The position numbers and the translations under genes are program-made. A stretch of 63,839 bases of DNA, counting the filler, from Basidiobolus ranarum (Eukaryota): the NCBI GenBank assembly GCA_040143965.1. It is 29 parts of 29 records of this genome, joined end to end, with 100 filler letters (N's around TTAATTAATTAA, not from the genome) between each part and the next. Parts side by side here need not be neighbours in the genome. Positions count along the whole stretch, not along the records: positions 26,536 to 28,642 come from JASJQH010003769.1; positions 28,743 to 30,848 come from JASJQH010003770.1; positions 30,949 to 33,052 come from JASJQH010003771.1; positions 33,153 to 35,256 come from JASJQH010003772.1; positions 35,357 to 37,459 come from JASJQH010003773.1; positions 37,560 to 39,661 come from JASJQH010003774.1; 23 more parts are not named here. One strand, 5' to 3'. Each line of letters opens with the position of its first letter. Positions within the stretch are counted from its first letter, which is position 1. Under the pieces are notes generated by a model. That model worked only from the letters and a program-made list of their open reading frames with translations, was not told the DNA's origin and ran no database searches. Shown piece after piece: positions 26,859 to 38,573 of this stretch.

Positions 26859-27392
26859 TGTCACAATGAGGAACTGGAAAAGGACTGGAAACAGTGACAA
26901 GAGGTTAGAAAGCAGGAGGCAACTTGGGTTTAGACCACAAGGCAACACAAGACAAGACTAGAGACAAAGGTACCTGGGCAAGAAATTTGATTGAAAACTG
27001 GTGTTGATTAGACTGAGGTCTGCTCAAGGAAAACAGAGAGCTTATATAGTTACTGCCAGGTGAAACATGATATGCTGATTAGGGAATACATTGTGGCAAG
27101 TTCAAGTGGCAGGGTGTTAGGGACTATAACAACCAATACAAAGAGGAATGATGCAAGGATGATCAGGTGCCCTTCCTTGAAAGATCTTGGCAGAAATATG
27201 CTATGTGTGAGATGACATGATTGATCAGGTCTCATGGAATGTTCCACAGAACATAACTTCCTTATAAAGTAACTTGGATGTACAGGCACAAGATTGCCAA
27301 GAAAGGATGGCTCATCAAATGTGGCATCATAATCTATTAATAGAAGATTTCCATTTGCAGTGGATAAGTATGCCAAGATCAAAATCATGACA
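26859..27392 (-). repeat. Gypsy 3' LTR
   Basis: TGTCA...TGACA termini. Homologous to 31136-31664. Confidence 0.82.
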
Positions 27393-28210
27393 GTATCCCC
27401 TGACAAAGCTCCTTAGAGTTGGAAAGGTCTGTTGCTGGCTCCCATGATTGACCATTTGTTGAATATCCCTTCCAATCCACTAAAGATTGCAATTTATGTC
27501 AATAAATTCTGCAGTCTAGAATTCTGCTGACTTCATATTCATATTGTTCTTCTACTTGGATTGCTAGGGGTGGGTCAATGGATTGGCCCTGGAAGGTGTA
27601 TCTGCCATGTGTCTCTCCTGGTGCCAAATGGAATACATTGTGGACCTTGATATGGTCCAGGAGTTCAAGGTGGAAGGCTACTAGATTGATTTGCTAATGA
27701 TATTAAAGGCCCTAGGCTTTTACGACCAAGTTTATCACAAGGTCTATTGGTCCTCATATTTTTTTGTAGTAGCTATACATGATCTCCTGGCTTGAGATCT
27801 GGGTTTGTCTTTCTTATCTTATCAGCAAAGTTCTTGTATTGGGATTGAGAATGCTCCAACTTGGATATTAATTGTTTATGGATGACCTTAAGGAAAGTGA
27901 TGTGGTCTGAGGCAGCAGAGCAAGTTAGATTGTATGGTGGGTAAATTGTGAAACAAGGATCAAATCCATAATTTGCAAAGAAAGGAGTTTGTTTTATTAA
28001 GGTACAATAAGAGTTGTTATAAGCAAATTCAGCAAGAGGCAAGAGTTGTGTCCAATTGTCCCAATTTTGGCTAATAGTGCATTGCAAATTTTGTTCCAAA
28101 ACCTGATTGACTCTTTCTGTTTGGCCATCAGATAGGGGAAAAAAGGCAGTGAGAAGCTTTGCAGAGATACCCAAGGTTTGGAGAAGACTTTTCCAGAATT
28201 TGGAAGCAGA
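27393..28210 (-). mobile_element. Gypsy integrase core plus chromodomain (chromovirus)
   Basis: SDGQTERVNQVLEQ, LPLAEFAYNNS, and EYEVSRILD...VDWKGY...SWEP. Confidence 0.88.
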
Positions 28211-28748
28211 CCCCTTCCAGATATTTGAGAATTGTTATTGTAAGAAAGCCATCACAATTTTAATCCATTTGGGATTGACCATTTATTTACCATCATAAAA
28301 TCATCAAGTTTGATTTGTTTTAATCCACTTTTTTGTTGAAGTTTATTGTCTTTATCATATTTATTATCTCTATCTTTATACTCCTAACTATTGCATATAT
28401 CACATATAAGTTAGTTAACATTACTTAGTCAAATATCAATTAGCTGAAAATCGGAACATATATCATATATATATGTGAATAATGTGAGAATTAGCAATTC
28501 CATATTGGAAATTTCAAACTTGTGCAAATTGCCCAAAGATAGCTCATTTTACTCCCACAGATGTTCTGAACACAACCCCAGTGTTAGTTTTCTGTATTTC
28601 CACCAAAAAAGTATAAATGCTTTATTTCTGGACAATAAACAANNNNNNNNNNNNNNNNNNNNNNNNNNNNNNNNNNNNNNNNNNNNTTAATTAATTAANN
28701 NNNNNNNNNNNNNNNNNNNNNNNNNNNNNNNNNNNNNNNNNNTTTTAG

Positions 28749-29236
28749 CTCTTCTTGTAGAACAAAACCGCAAGTTCCTCAAACGTGCCTATGATGAAGG
28801 CCACCATATTGCTTCCCACACCTACACTCACATCAGTCTTGCCAAGTCATCCGAAAGCGTCATCCGCTCTGAAATGACCAAGACCTCTGATGCCATCTTC
28901 AAGATTATCGGTAAACGTCCTCAATACATGCGTCCTCCTTATGGTGAATACAATGCCAAGTCACTTGCTATCATGAAGGATATGGGTTTCAAGGTCATCT
29001 ACTGGAACGTTGACACTCTTGACTGGGAACATAAGAACCCAGCCAAGTCCCTCAAGGTGTACAAGGATGTCCTTGCCAAGGCCAACACCAAGAATGACCG
29101 CTTCATCTCTCTCCAACATGACATCCAACCCAGCACCATTCAAGCCGCTGCTGGTATTCTTGACACTGTGATCAAATCAGGATTCAAGATCACCACTGTT
29201 GCTGATTGTCTCGGTGACTCTGGTCTCTATCACTAA
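28749..29236 (+). CDS. Chitin deacetylase (NodB/CE4), last exon of the upstream tandem copy
   Basis: GHHIASHTYTH, MRPPYGE, WNVDTLDW, ISLQHD, TVADCL. Preceded by a TTTTAG acceptor. Confidence 0.93.
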
Positions 29237-29991
29237 GTGGATAGTTTTCTATCATACCAATATCGTAATCTAATACATTTGCATGCCGCCATATTAAGAA
29301 ACTAATTTAATGCAAAAATCAATAAACATTTCGACAATTTACCAGTCTCAAGAGTGTACCTGATAAGAATGTGTTAAGAGAGCCAGAACGTTCGAATTTG
29401 TTACATTATTCGATCTTGCAATTGAAAATATTCGTGATCTAATGTTAAGATTAGTACAACGTTGATGCACATTTGATCAGAATCATAAAACTGAAATAAT
29501 TTACCATGAAATGTGCTGTAGCGAGGAGGTGCTGATAAACACTGTAATTTTCACAATTCGTATCTCCAGAGATATTTAAAAAGCGAGAAGGCGAAAATCT
29601 CTTTAACAGCACAATCCTCAAGTAACTATGATAGAATGTTCATTTTCATACACAGGATCAGAATATTGTTGCATTACATCAAAGTGAGATTTCAGTTTCA
29701 AGAAATTTGAATCAACCTTCCTAGTTCTGTAAATAGGTATCACAATTATCCCTTAAAAACGCTATGAGTAACAGAAAGTAATTAAGTGCGTGGCACGATA
29801 AAGTGCTAGAGCGGTAAAAAGGTCTATTCGCAAATACAGAAAATTTATGTACTAAGTCTCAGGACATATTTGGTGTGACATGAATCGAAAGAGAATGTTG
29901 TACTATGAATGATTATAAGTTAGAGACTGATTTCGTAAACTATAAAGGTAATAGAATCCGAGTTCAAGAAAAGTATTCTCCTCAATCTACA

Positions 29992-30848
29992 ATGTACTTC
30001 TCCAAAGCTGTGCTTATCTCTATCGCCGTCTTCCTCCAAGCCACAGTCATCCAAGCTCACATCTCCAAAGATGACAGATGCGGTATGATCAAAGGAAAGA
30101 AGATCATTTGCCCAAGTGGTGAATGCTGCTCTACCTATGGATGGTATGCTGATTTCCAGCTCTTATACTATGATAATCTATATCGGAATAGCAATGTACT
30201 TACAATGCTTTACTTCTTTTCAGGTGCGGAACTAGCAAAGACCACTGTGTGGCCAATTGCCAATTCCAATGCAAGACCCCAAAGCCAACCATTACTTCCA
30301 AGCCTAGTTCCACCACCACTGTTGCTCCCAAGCCTACCCAGACTGTCACTTCTACTGATGGCTCATGCGGTTTGAAGAACAATGTGTTGGTTCAGTGCCT
30401 ACCTGGTAACTGCTGCTCCCAATATGGCTACTGTGGTAGCACTGAGGAATACTGCAAAGGCACTACTCCTCAACCTCAGCCCAGCGTAACTCCCGGCAAG
30501 CCGGGCAATGTTGTTCCTGGTAAAATCATTGAGACCTGCAGCAAGGCCGGAACCTTTGCTGTCACCTTTGATGACGGACCAAGCAAATACACTGGCAAAT
30601 TACTTGATGACTTGAAGGCCAGAAATGTCAAGGTGACATTCTTCGTTGTTGGTGAAAGTAAGTATTCTACAAACCATTAATGTTTAGTGTAGCTAATTGC
30701 CGTTTATACGACGCCGTGTGCTAATTATTCTTTCCATTTTTAGCTCTTCTTGTAGAACAAAACCGCAAGTTCCTCAAACGTGCCTATGATGAAGGCCACC
30801 ATATTGCTTCCCACACCTACACTCACATCAGTCTTGCCAAGTCATCCG
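29992..30848 (+). CDS. Secreted chitin deacetylase with two CBM18 (hevein) domains; exons 29992-30143, 30224-30657 and 30744 onward
   Basis: Signal peptide MYFSKAVLISIAVFLQATVIQA, CCSTYGWCG and CCSQYGYCG motifs, TFDDGP. GT-AG introns restore the frame. Confidence 0.93.
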
Positions 30849-30948
30849 NNNNNNNNNNNNNNNNNNNNNNNNNNNNNNNNNNNNNNNNNNNNTTAATTAA
30901 TTAANNNNNNNNNNNNNNNNNNNNNNNNNNNNNNNNNNNNNNNNNNNN

Positions 30949-31664
30949 TTCCAGAGCTTATAGACATAAGTTGCAATATTTAGTGGACTGGAAGGGATAT
31001 TCAACAAATGATCAATCATGGGAGCCAGCAACAAATCTTTCCAATTCCAAGGAACTTTGCCAGGAGTTTAATGAAGCCTACCCAGAAAAACCTGGCCCTA
31101 TGATGTCTAGAAGCTATCCCTAAGGAAGGGGATACTGTCATGATTCTGATCTTGGCATACTGATCCACTGCATATAGAACTCTTCTATTATTAGATTATG
31201 ACATCATATCTGCTGTGCCTTCTCTTCTTGGCAATTTTGTGTTAGTTCATCCAGATTACCTTATATGGAAGTCATATTCTTTGGAACATTCTATGAAACC
31301 TAACCAATCATGTCATCCCACGCATAGTGGTTTTCTGCCAAGACCTTCCATGGAAGGTCACCTGATCATCCTTACATCATTCCTCTTTTTATTGGTCCTT
31401 GTAGCCCCCAACACCCTAACTCTTAAACTTGCCACAGTATATTCCCAGTTAAATATATTATGTTTCACCTTGCAATATCTATATAAGCCCTATGTATTCC
31501 TTGATCAGACTGAGATCTGATCAATGCCAGTAATCAATAAAGATTCTTGCCAAAGTATCTTCCTTGTCCAGTCTTGTCTTGTCTTGTGGTCATACCCAAG
31601 TACTCTCCTGCCTTCTAGCCTCTTGTTGTTGTTTCCAGTCCTGGTCCAGTTCCTTATTGTGACA
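30949..31664 (+). mobile_element. Gypsy chromodomain end, PPT and complete 529-bp 3' LTR (31136-31664)
   Basis: YLVDWKGY...SWEP, then purine tract AAGGAAGGGGA, then TGTCATGA...TTGTGACA. Abuts Copia gag. Confidence 0.88.
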
Positions 31665-32240
31665 GTTCTTTTGTAACCTGGAGTAAAACTTTGGTTTCAG
31701 ATGGATTTTCATTGTTTTCTTCTCCTAAAGCAGTGTCCCAAAGTCCTTTTCTTGCAGCAGCATTTTCATTTTATTTTTTTAAACTTGATCATTGGTTCTA
31801 TCCAATTTTTCAGAAGAGGGAAAAGTTCCAAAGATTTAAGAGGTAGACATTACAGAGAGTGCAAGCTTGGGGCTCATAACCTGTTAAAGTATTTGGGAGC
31901 CTGTTGGAAGTGGTTTCGAGAATTAGAGGAATTGGTTATTTTCACTCTTTGATTTATTGAGTAGAAAGTTGACATTTATAGTTTTGTCAAGATGTAAGCA
32001 AGCTAATGTATAGAATATGTTAAGGAAGGTTCCAGGAACATGTATGCTAAGTTTGGGGCTTCTAGCGCTAGTTTGAAGTATCTATATTTCTGAGCACTTT
32101 TAAGTTGATAAAAATATTTTAAGTAAATTCCAATTGAGAATAATTGATAATATCTTAGTGAATTATGAGATAACTAAGTACTAAGCTATATATGACTATA
32201 TTGGTGTTTAGGCAATGCTAATTTCAACAATAATACCAAT
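31665..32240 (-). mobile_element. Copia 5' LTR end, PBS and gag start
   Basis: Minus strand reads ...CTTTAACA GGTTATGAGCCC, then gag homologous to 9280-9480. Confidence 0.75.
31870..31881 (-). promoter_or_regulatory. Ty5/copia-type primer-binding site (internal tRNAi-Met)
   Basis: GGTTATGAGCCC immediately after the LTR-terminal AACA. Confidence 0.75.
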
Positions 32241-32375
32241 GGTGTGATAGGATTTGGCTAAAAAAAATGTGTAAGTCAAATATGGATATTAAAATAGAAA
32301 TTGTGCAATAGTAATGATATGAGCTTGGAGTGGAAATCAGTCAACCTGCCAGTGGGTTGCAATGCTGCCCCACTG

Positions 32376-33052
32376 CAATGGAGGTTTCTTGATGGTATTT
32401 TGACAATATACATACATGTTTAAATTTTGATCCTCAAAGTTGGCATGCATTATTAAATATCTGACAATTTTTGCAAAAATATATTTTTCAAATGGCAAAT
32501 TACTGGGTTTACTGCTCTAGGAATTCAATTTACTATGCATGCCTTCATTTAGATATATTAGGCTTGGTATTCCAACCATAATGAGAATAAAAAAATGCAA
32601 GATTCTCATTGTGTTTAGTCTCTACATATGCATATACTTGATTGATTAGACATAACTCAACAATATTAGTATGCTTCACCAGCAAACTAATGGTGGAAAA
32701 ATTGCTAAACATCTGAAATTTTGAATTGCACTGACACTTGGCAAATAGCTGACTCTTGTTACCATTCACAATGAGAATAAGCTCTTAGATTTTGGCAAAT
32801 TTCCATTTAGTATTCAGCCAATATATCCCTGACTTGCAGTCAAAAAATGTCCTGCCACAAGTAGATGTATTACTGCTTGAATAGATTACCCTATGGCTAA
32901 AACAATAATACTGCATATCTTGATCTATCTCACCAAGAAGTCTGTTTTGCAGCTTTCCTAAAAATACTATCAGATTATTACACAAGCTAACTAGTTCAAT
33001 TATAGAGGTACTTACTCTGTGTACATGGATAGGGCTTTGTTGTTGTTATTTT
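32376..33052 (-). mobile_element. CMC/EnSpm 3' region copy
   Basis: LQNRLLGEIDQDMQYYCF and SQLFAKCQC, as in the other copies. Confidence 0.82.
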
Positions 33053-33152
33053 NNNNNNNNNNNNNNNNNNNNNNNNNNNNNNNNNNNNNNNNNNNNTTAA
33101 TTAATTAANNNNNNNNNNNNNNNNNNNNNNNNNNNNNNNNNNNNNNNNNNNN

Positions 33153-34629
33153 TACTATTCAACAACATTCCGATACTACTTACTCAGCTATACAGTGGAA
33201 AATTCAATATGAATGAGCCATTTGAGATAGGATCAAAGTTTGAATCAATTGGGAAAATGCTTGAAAATGTCAAGATACCATCATATTTGACTAGGACTCC
33301 CATCAATATCCACTCATCTAGGCATTTATTCAAATGCAAAGACTGCAAGTATTGGATTTGTGTATATTCAGGTGGAATTTTGAAAAGATTTCTGCCTGAT
33401 AAGTATTGGCAACATTGGAGTTGTTTGTTGATATTGTTACTATATTCTTACAGCATCAACTCACATTGGCAGATCTCAGGCAGACACAGTGCTTGTGCAA
33501 AGATTTTGTAATTGGATGTCAAAAACTTCATTACAGGTTTAAAGAAGATAGACTGAATCTATGCCAGTATTCAAAACCTTCCCTGCTGCATCTTTCACAA
33601 TGCTCAGAAATTATAGACCCTTGCTATAGATTCTGGGAGTCCCCAATGGAGTGCACCTGCGGTGAAATGATGCTCCATGCAAAATTGTCAGTATTACTAT
33701 ATGCTAATCTGATTAACAATGTATCAGAAAAATCAGTGATGGATGTAATGCAATGGGTTAAGGAGACTCCAGAGTATATTAACCTGCCAACAAAGGGCTC
33801 TTTTCAATGTGTTCACCGGTTTTCACATTGTTTGAGCACAATAACAGCAACAAAGTCCAATCCATGGAAACAGAGTTAATACCTCTATAATTGAACTAAT
33901 TTGCTTGTGTGATAATCTGACAGTATTTTTAGCAAAGCGGCAAGACAGACTTCTAGGTGAGATAGATCAAGATACGCAGTATTATTGTTTTAGCCATGGG
34001 GTAATCTATTCAAGCAATGACACATCTACTTGTGGCAGGACATTTGTTCACTGCAAGTTTGGGATATATTGGCTGAATTCTTTATGGAAATTAGCCAGAA
34101 TCCAAGAGCTTATTCTGATTGTGAAAGGTCACAAGAGTCAGCTATTTGCCAAGTGTCAGTGCTATTCAAAGTTTCAGATGTTTAGTATTTTTTCCACCGC
34201 TAGTTTGCTGGTAAAGTGTATTGATGTTGTTGAGTTATGTCTAATTAGTCAAGTATTTGCATATGTAGAGACTAAACACAACAAGATTCTTGTATTTTTT
34301 GATTCTCATTATGGCTGGAATATAAAGCCTGAAATATCTAAATAAAGTCATGCATATTAAATCAAATTTTTACAGCAGTAAACCAGTAATTGCCATTCAA
34401 AAATTGTATTTTTTCAAAAATTGCAGGATATTGAATAATGCATGCCAAATTTGAGGATCAACATTTTAACATTTATGAATATCATCAAAATACCATCAAG
34501 AAACAGCTATCACAGCATCAAAATCCGTGGCAGAATACAAGCCAGCAATATTGTGACGTGTCTCTGATGGTTTTGCTATTTTGGAGGGTGGATCTGATCC
34601 GGATCAAACTGTTTTTATGTTTGTTAGGG
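33153..34629 (+). mobile_element. CMC/EnSpm copy, 3' half with right end (...TTTGTTAGGG)
   Basis: FKCKD.KYW, SLLHLSQC, FWESPME. Terminus at 34629. Confidence 0.87.
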
Positions 34630-35356
34630 CAGCAAGAACACAGGACTAAACTGGTGAGTAGTCTTGCAATGCACTATCCACTTTGGATGGCATTAACATG
34701 CTGGAAATTAACTCAAGTAATGGTGAAGCATTGATCAATTTACTAGATGTGTTCCTTTCCAGCAATAGTGCAAGTGAAGAGATTGTAATACTCCAATTAT
34801 GGAGTATAACAATAGTTGAGTAAAGTTCTACCAAAACACTGTGAAGACCATCCAGTTCCAATATGGCCACATTGCCTACTATTGAACAACTCTCTGTAGA
34901 AACTTTGGATAGAATTTTTTTAACAAGGGATTCATAGCCAGAGCACCATAATGAATTGTATACAATCATTACTAAACTACAAAGTTGCTATAGAGGCCAT
35001 GACAAGCAATAATGCCCCAATATTGCAGTTTATGCAGCATTCTGAAGCAACTGGTCAATAGTTAGAGGGTTACTCAACAATGATACAAGATCTTCAGAAT
35101 GCTGTTCTTGAGCTTCAGCAACATGCTGCTCCCTCCATCCATTCTCATATGGGATTTCAATCAATCCCACAACATAAATATGATGTCACCATGACAACCT
35201 AGCAGAGCAGAATATATGTCAGACCATTAAGCCTACACAACAACCCAAAATTGCTTNNNNNNNNNNNNNNNNNNNNNNNNNNNNNNNNNNNNNNNNNNNN
35301 TTAATTAATTAANNNNNNNNNNNNNNNNNNNNNNNNNNNNNNNNNNNNNNNNNNNN

Positions 35357-35471
35357 TTTCCTTTATTACCTTTAGCTCTGATATTCTTTATTTCTGCCCT
35401 AGCTGAAACAAATCGAGCACCTTTCGATTTACCCGAAGCAGAAAGTGAATTAGTTTCAGGATTCAATGTGG
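35357..35471 (+). pseudogene. nad1: Mitochondrial nad1 fragment (probable NUMT)
   Basis: [38 protein letters not shown], then abrupt loss of similarity. Confidence 0.9.
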
Positions 35472-37801
35472 TTCATTGATTTTCTCAGCGGTGCTAGTGA
35501 GTGCCGTCTGCTCTCTAGGCATTATCTTCCGGTCAGAAAATCGTCGACAAAAGGCTACTCAGTATAACGTAGAGACAATTCTACCTAAGCCTAAAGTGGT
35601 GCAACAGTAATAGCTGGCCGGGTGTCCTCTTTACTTTTGATGGGACATATTGATTAATTTTTAAATACATGTTTGTTAATAATCCAAAACCTGAATTAAC
35701 TGAATGCAGATCCTCAAATATGTTTGCAGAACTAGTCGTTTGTTTCACAGTGATTATTAGAAATTGAGATGAGTGAGAGATTTTTTAATTTGATGATTCA
35801 TTTGAAATAAACCCCAATACTTTATGTACAATCGCCAGTGAAATACTCCTGATATTTCCGGCTGGTGTTATATTTCGCAAAATTTGGTAATTGGTAGGTA
35901 ATGAATCTGACACTTTGCAGATCAGATGAGCTGTAATTGTGAATCTCAATTACTCTGATTCTATAAATGGGATTGCAACATTGTGCGTAGATTGGCTATC
36001 CAATATGGAGTATAGGTCGTTCTTCTGATAACTGAACCTATCACTTGCTTGCAGTTATCATGCAATTATCTCACTCAAGCTGATGAAACATTGTCTGTCA
36101 TAAGATCTAGTAGAGTTGAGACAGCTCCAACCATTAGTAGCATAAGTTACGTGTTTGGATCTAAAATTCACTTAATGATTCAAACCGTCGTTTCTCAAGC
36201 AGCAAACAACATGTTTTCTGATTCAAGAATATAGAAAATATCATTTTTTATCTAATTGGTTCATTCTAAGCCCATATGCGCAGACAATGTTTCCATATAG
36301 TTATTGTGTTTTATACCACGAGATTCCAATATTAATTAAAATGACATGGAGTATTGCTATGTCTTAATCAGCTTAGTTCCGTTAAAGCTCTTAATTTGGC
36401 ATGCATGAGTAAAAATGTACTCCCTAGCTCCAAGCTGCATTAGCCATTAAATATTTCGCTAGTGAAAAGAGCTTTATGGTTACCTAAGTTCTGCCGTACC
36501 ATTACAACGTATTGGAGCTCAAACCCAGATAAATCTAGGGTTGCTCAGATTAGATATTGAAATGAAAGAATACCGGTCCAGTGCTTGAGATATCGAAGTA
36601 CAAGGAAAGGAAGCAGAGATACTCTTGACATTTCTAACACTTACTAGTTAGGAAGTCAAAAATAGTAGTTTTATCATATGAAAAGTAAAGTATTCATTGA
36701 CAGCTCATATGGGAGGATCGTCGGTACTCTTGAAGTACACTTTTAGAAATAATCTGCTGATGTGGTGATTCATACAAACGAGATAATTCTTGATCTAGTT
36801 TCTCATGGACACTTTGCGTATGCTCTTGAGATTCACTGGACATATACACAAGGTCTCTGCCCTAATTAAATACCAATTCACGTATAACTATTGGTTGTTA
36901 CCATTGCACCTGGATTCCTTCCGTTAGTCTTTTCAGTAGCATATAACCGAGGGAGATTTACCCAAGCCCGAGCTATTCCTGTAAATCCACCTGTAGTGTT
37001 GAAATGAGAAGGATTGAAGTCGATGGAACTGGATATTTGAGGTAGAAACTGTAGGCTCGGACTCCTGTGGGACAGATCACCACTGTCATGGATATAGTTG
37101 GTTATTTTGTCTATAGGTTTATGATTGCTTACAACTTGTTTACTTGTCCGTGGGGATAGTATACACTATGTTTTAGATTACAAATTTCTCTCAGTATGGA
37201 CACCTATCCATAAATATTCTCAGTACTGACGCTGGTGTGATTTGGACGATATTATTAGATGAATTTTATGCTAATCCTACCTGATGTGGCGAAAGAGTAT
37301 CTGAAAGGCAATTGTGAGAATAGTTTCTAGAGGAGCTCATTGTTAGTACCATATATAGTGTAATGACTTGTCTGACATGATAATCCTAATCTTGAATAAC
37401 ATGGTAACTTCTCCCAAATAGAGTAGAATGTAGATGAATTGAAAAGTGCTCTGGGGGAANNNNNNNNNNNNNNNNNNNNNNNNNNNNNNNNNNNNNNNNN
37501 NNNTTAATTAATTAANNNNNNNNNNNNNNNNNNNNNNNNNNNNNNNNNNNNNNNNNNNNTATCCAAACTTCCGTATCTACAATCCTAATCTTTTATTCCC
37601 CAAACTTCCGTATCTCCAATTCTTATCTTGTGATATCTCCCACTTATCCTACCTCTGCTCCTACTCTTTAACCACCCCTAACCTTTTAAAAAACCACATA
37701 CATGAATATATATATATCCACAAAAATTATCTACTAACTTTTCTCCCACAATATATATTATCTTCATGCAACAATAGTCTTCCCTCCCGCATATCTTCTC
37801 C

Positions 37802-38431
37802 CTAATCCCTATTCGCCAACGGAAAAGATTCTATTATTCTATCAACAAACAGCTGACTAAGTTGAATCCTAAGTCTCCCTTGGGTCTTGTCTTTGTAAGT
37901 TAACGTAAATATTACTGCCGGCCTAGTCATAGCGTTACTAATCTCACGCACATCCACCTGCTTCTGATTTGTATAAGCCGCGCTATAAATCGTACCATCG
38001 TTTGATTGTATTAATCTTGTATACAATAAAGACTTATCGTCCAAATCCACAATCGGTACCTTTATGTTCTCCACGCTTATCCCCGACATCTCTGACACTT
38101 TAGTCAAAATGCTCTCCAACAGTTTATAAAACTCTACGTGATACGGATTGTCCCCCTTTAACGTAAACATTGCCGTAGTGTGGTTCGTCTCAACCCTCTT
38201 CTCCCCTTGACCAAATTTCTCCTTCTCTACACTCTTACAAAAAATTAGTCCCTCCTGATTCCTTAATGTTGTAATGCACAAGTCTTTAGGATCAGAATGC
38301 CCATCATATGTATACATCACAGATCTACGCATATATGGCCCACCTGTCGCAACCGGCTCTGACAAAAACACCTTAGAACTATCAAACGATTCTGGGGTAA
38401 CCCAATTAATAGATTGTATTTTTGGTAACAT
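37802..38431 (-). CDS. 209-aa intronless protein, putative viral-type ssDNA-binding protein (DUF2738-like)
   Basis: Intact ORF. The pattern FDSSKVFLSEP...L.ITT...LYTRLI...LRIQLSQLFV recalls nucleocytovirus SSB-like proteins (from memory, not searched). Divergent from an RNAP gene. Confidence 0.5.
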   Translation of the reverse strand: MLPKIQSINWVTPESFDSSKVFLSEPVATGGPYMRRSVMYTYDGHSDPKDLCITTLRNQEGLIFCKSVEKEKFGQGEKRVETNHTTAMFTLKGDNPYHVEFYKLLESILTKVSEMSGISVENIKVPIVDLDDKSLLYTRLIQSNDGTIYSAAYTNQKQVDVREISNAMTRPAVIFTLTYKDKTQGRLRIQLSQLFVDRIIESFPLANRD

Positions 38432-38573
38432 GATAGTTTGTCTTTATACTACTAAACCAAGATTAGTCCCGGTTTGAATTTATTTGTTTCAACTCATTAC
38501 ATTTCAACACATTACTTTGAATTTAATCCCATCCCCCATCCCTCAAGCTACCAATAATATACATCAAGAAACT

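Noticed and set aside
38432-38573. pGKL-type UCS promoter (ATNTGA) between the viral-like genes
   Set aside because: I found no exact match at the expected distance on either strand, so this gives no support for a yeast-type linear plasmid.
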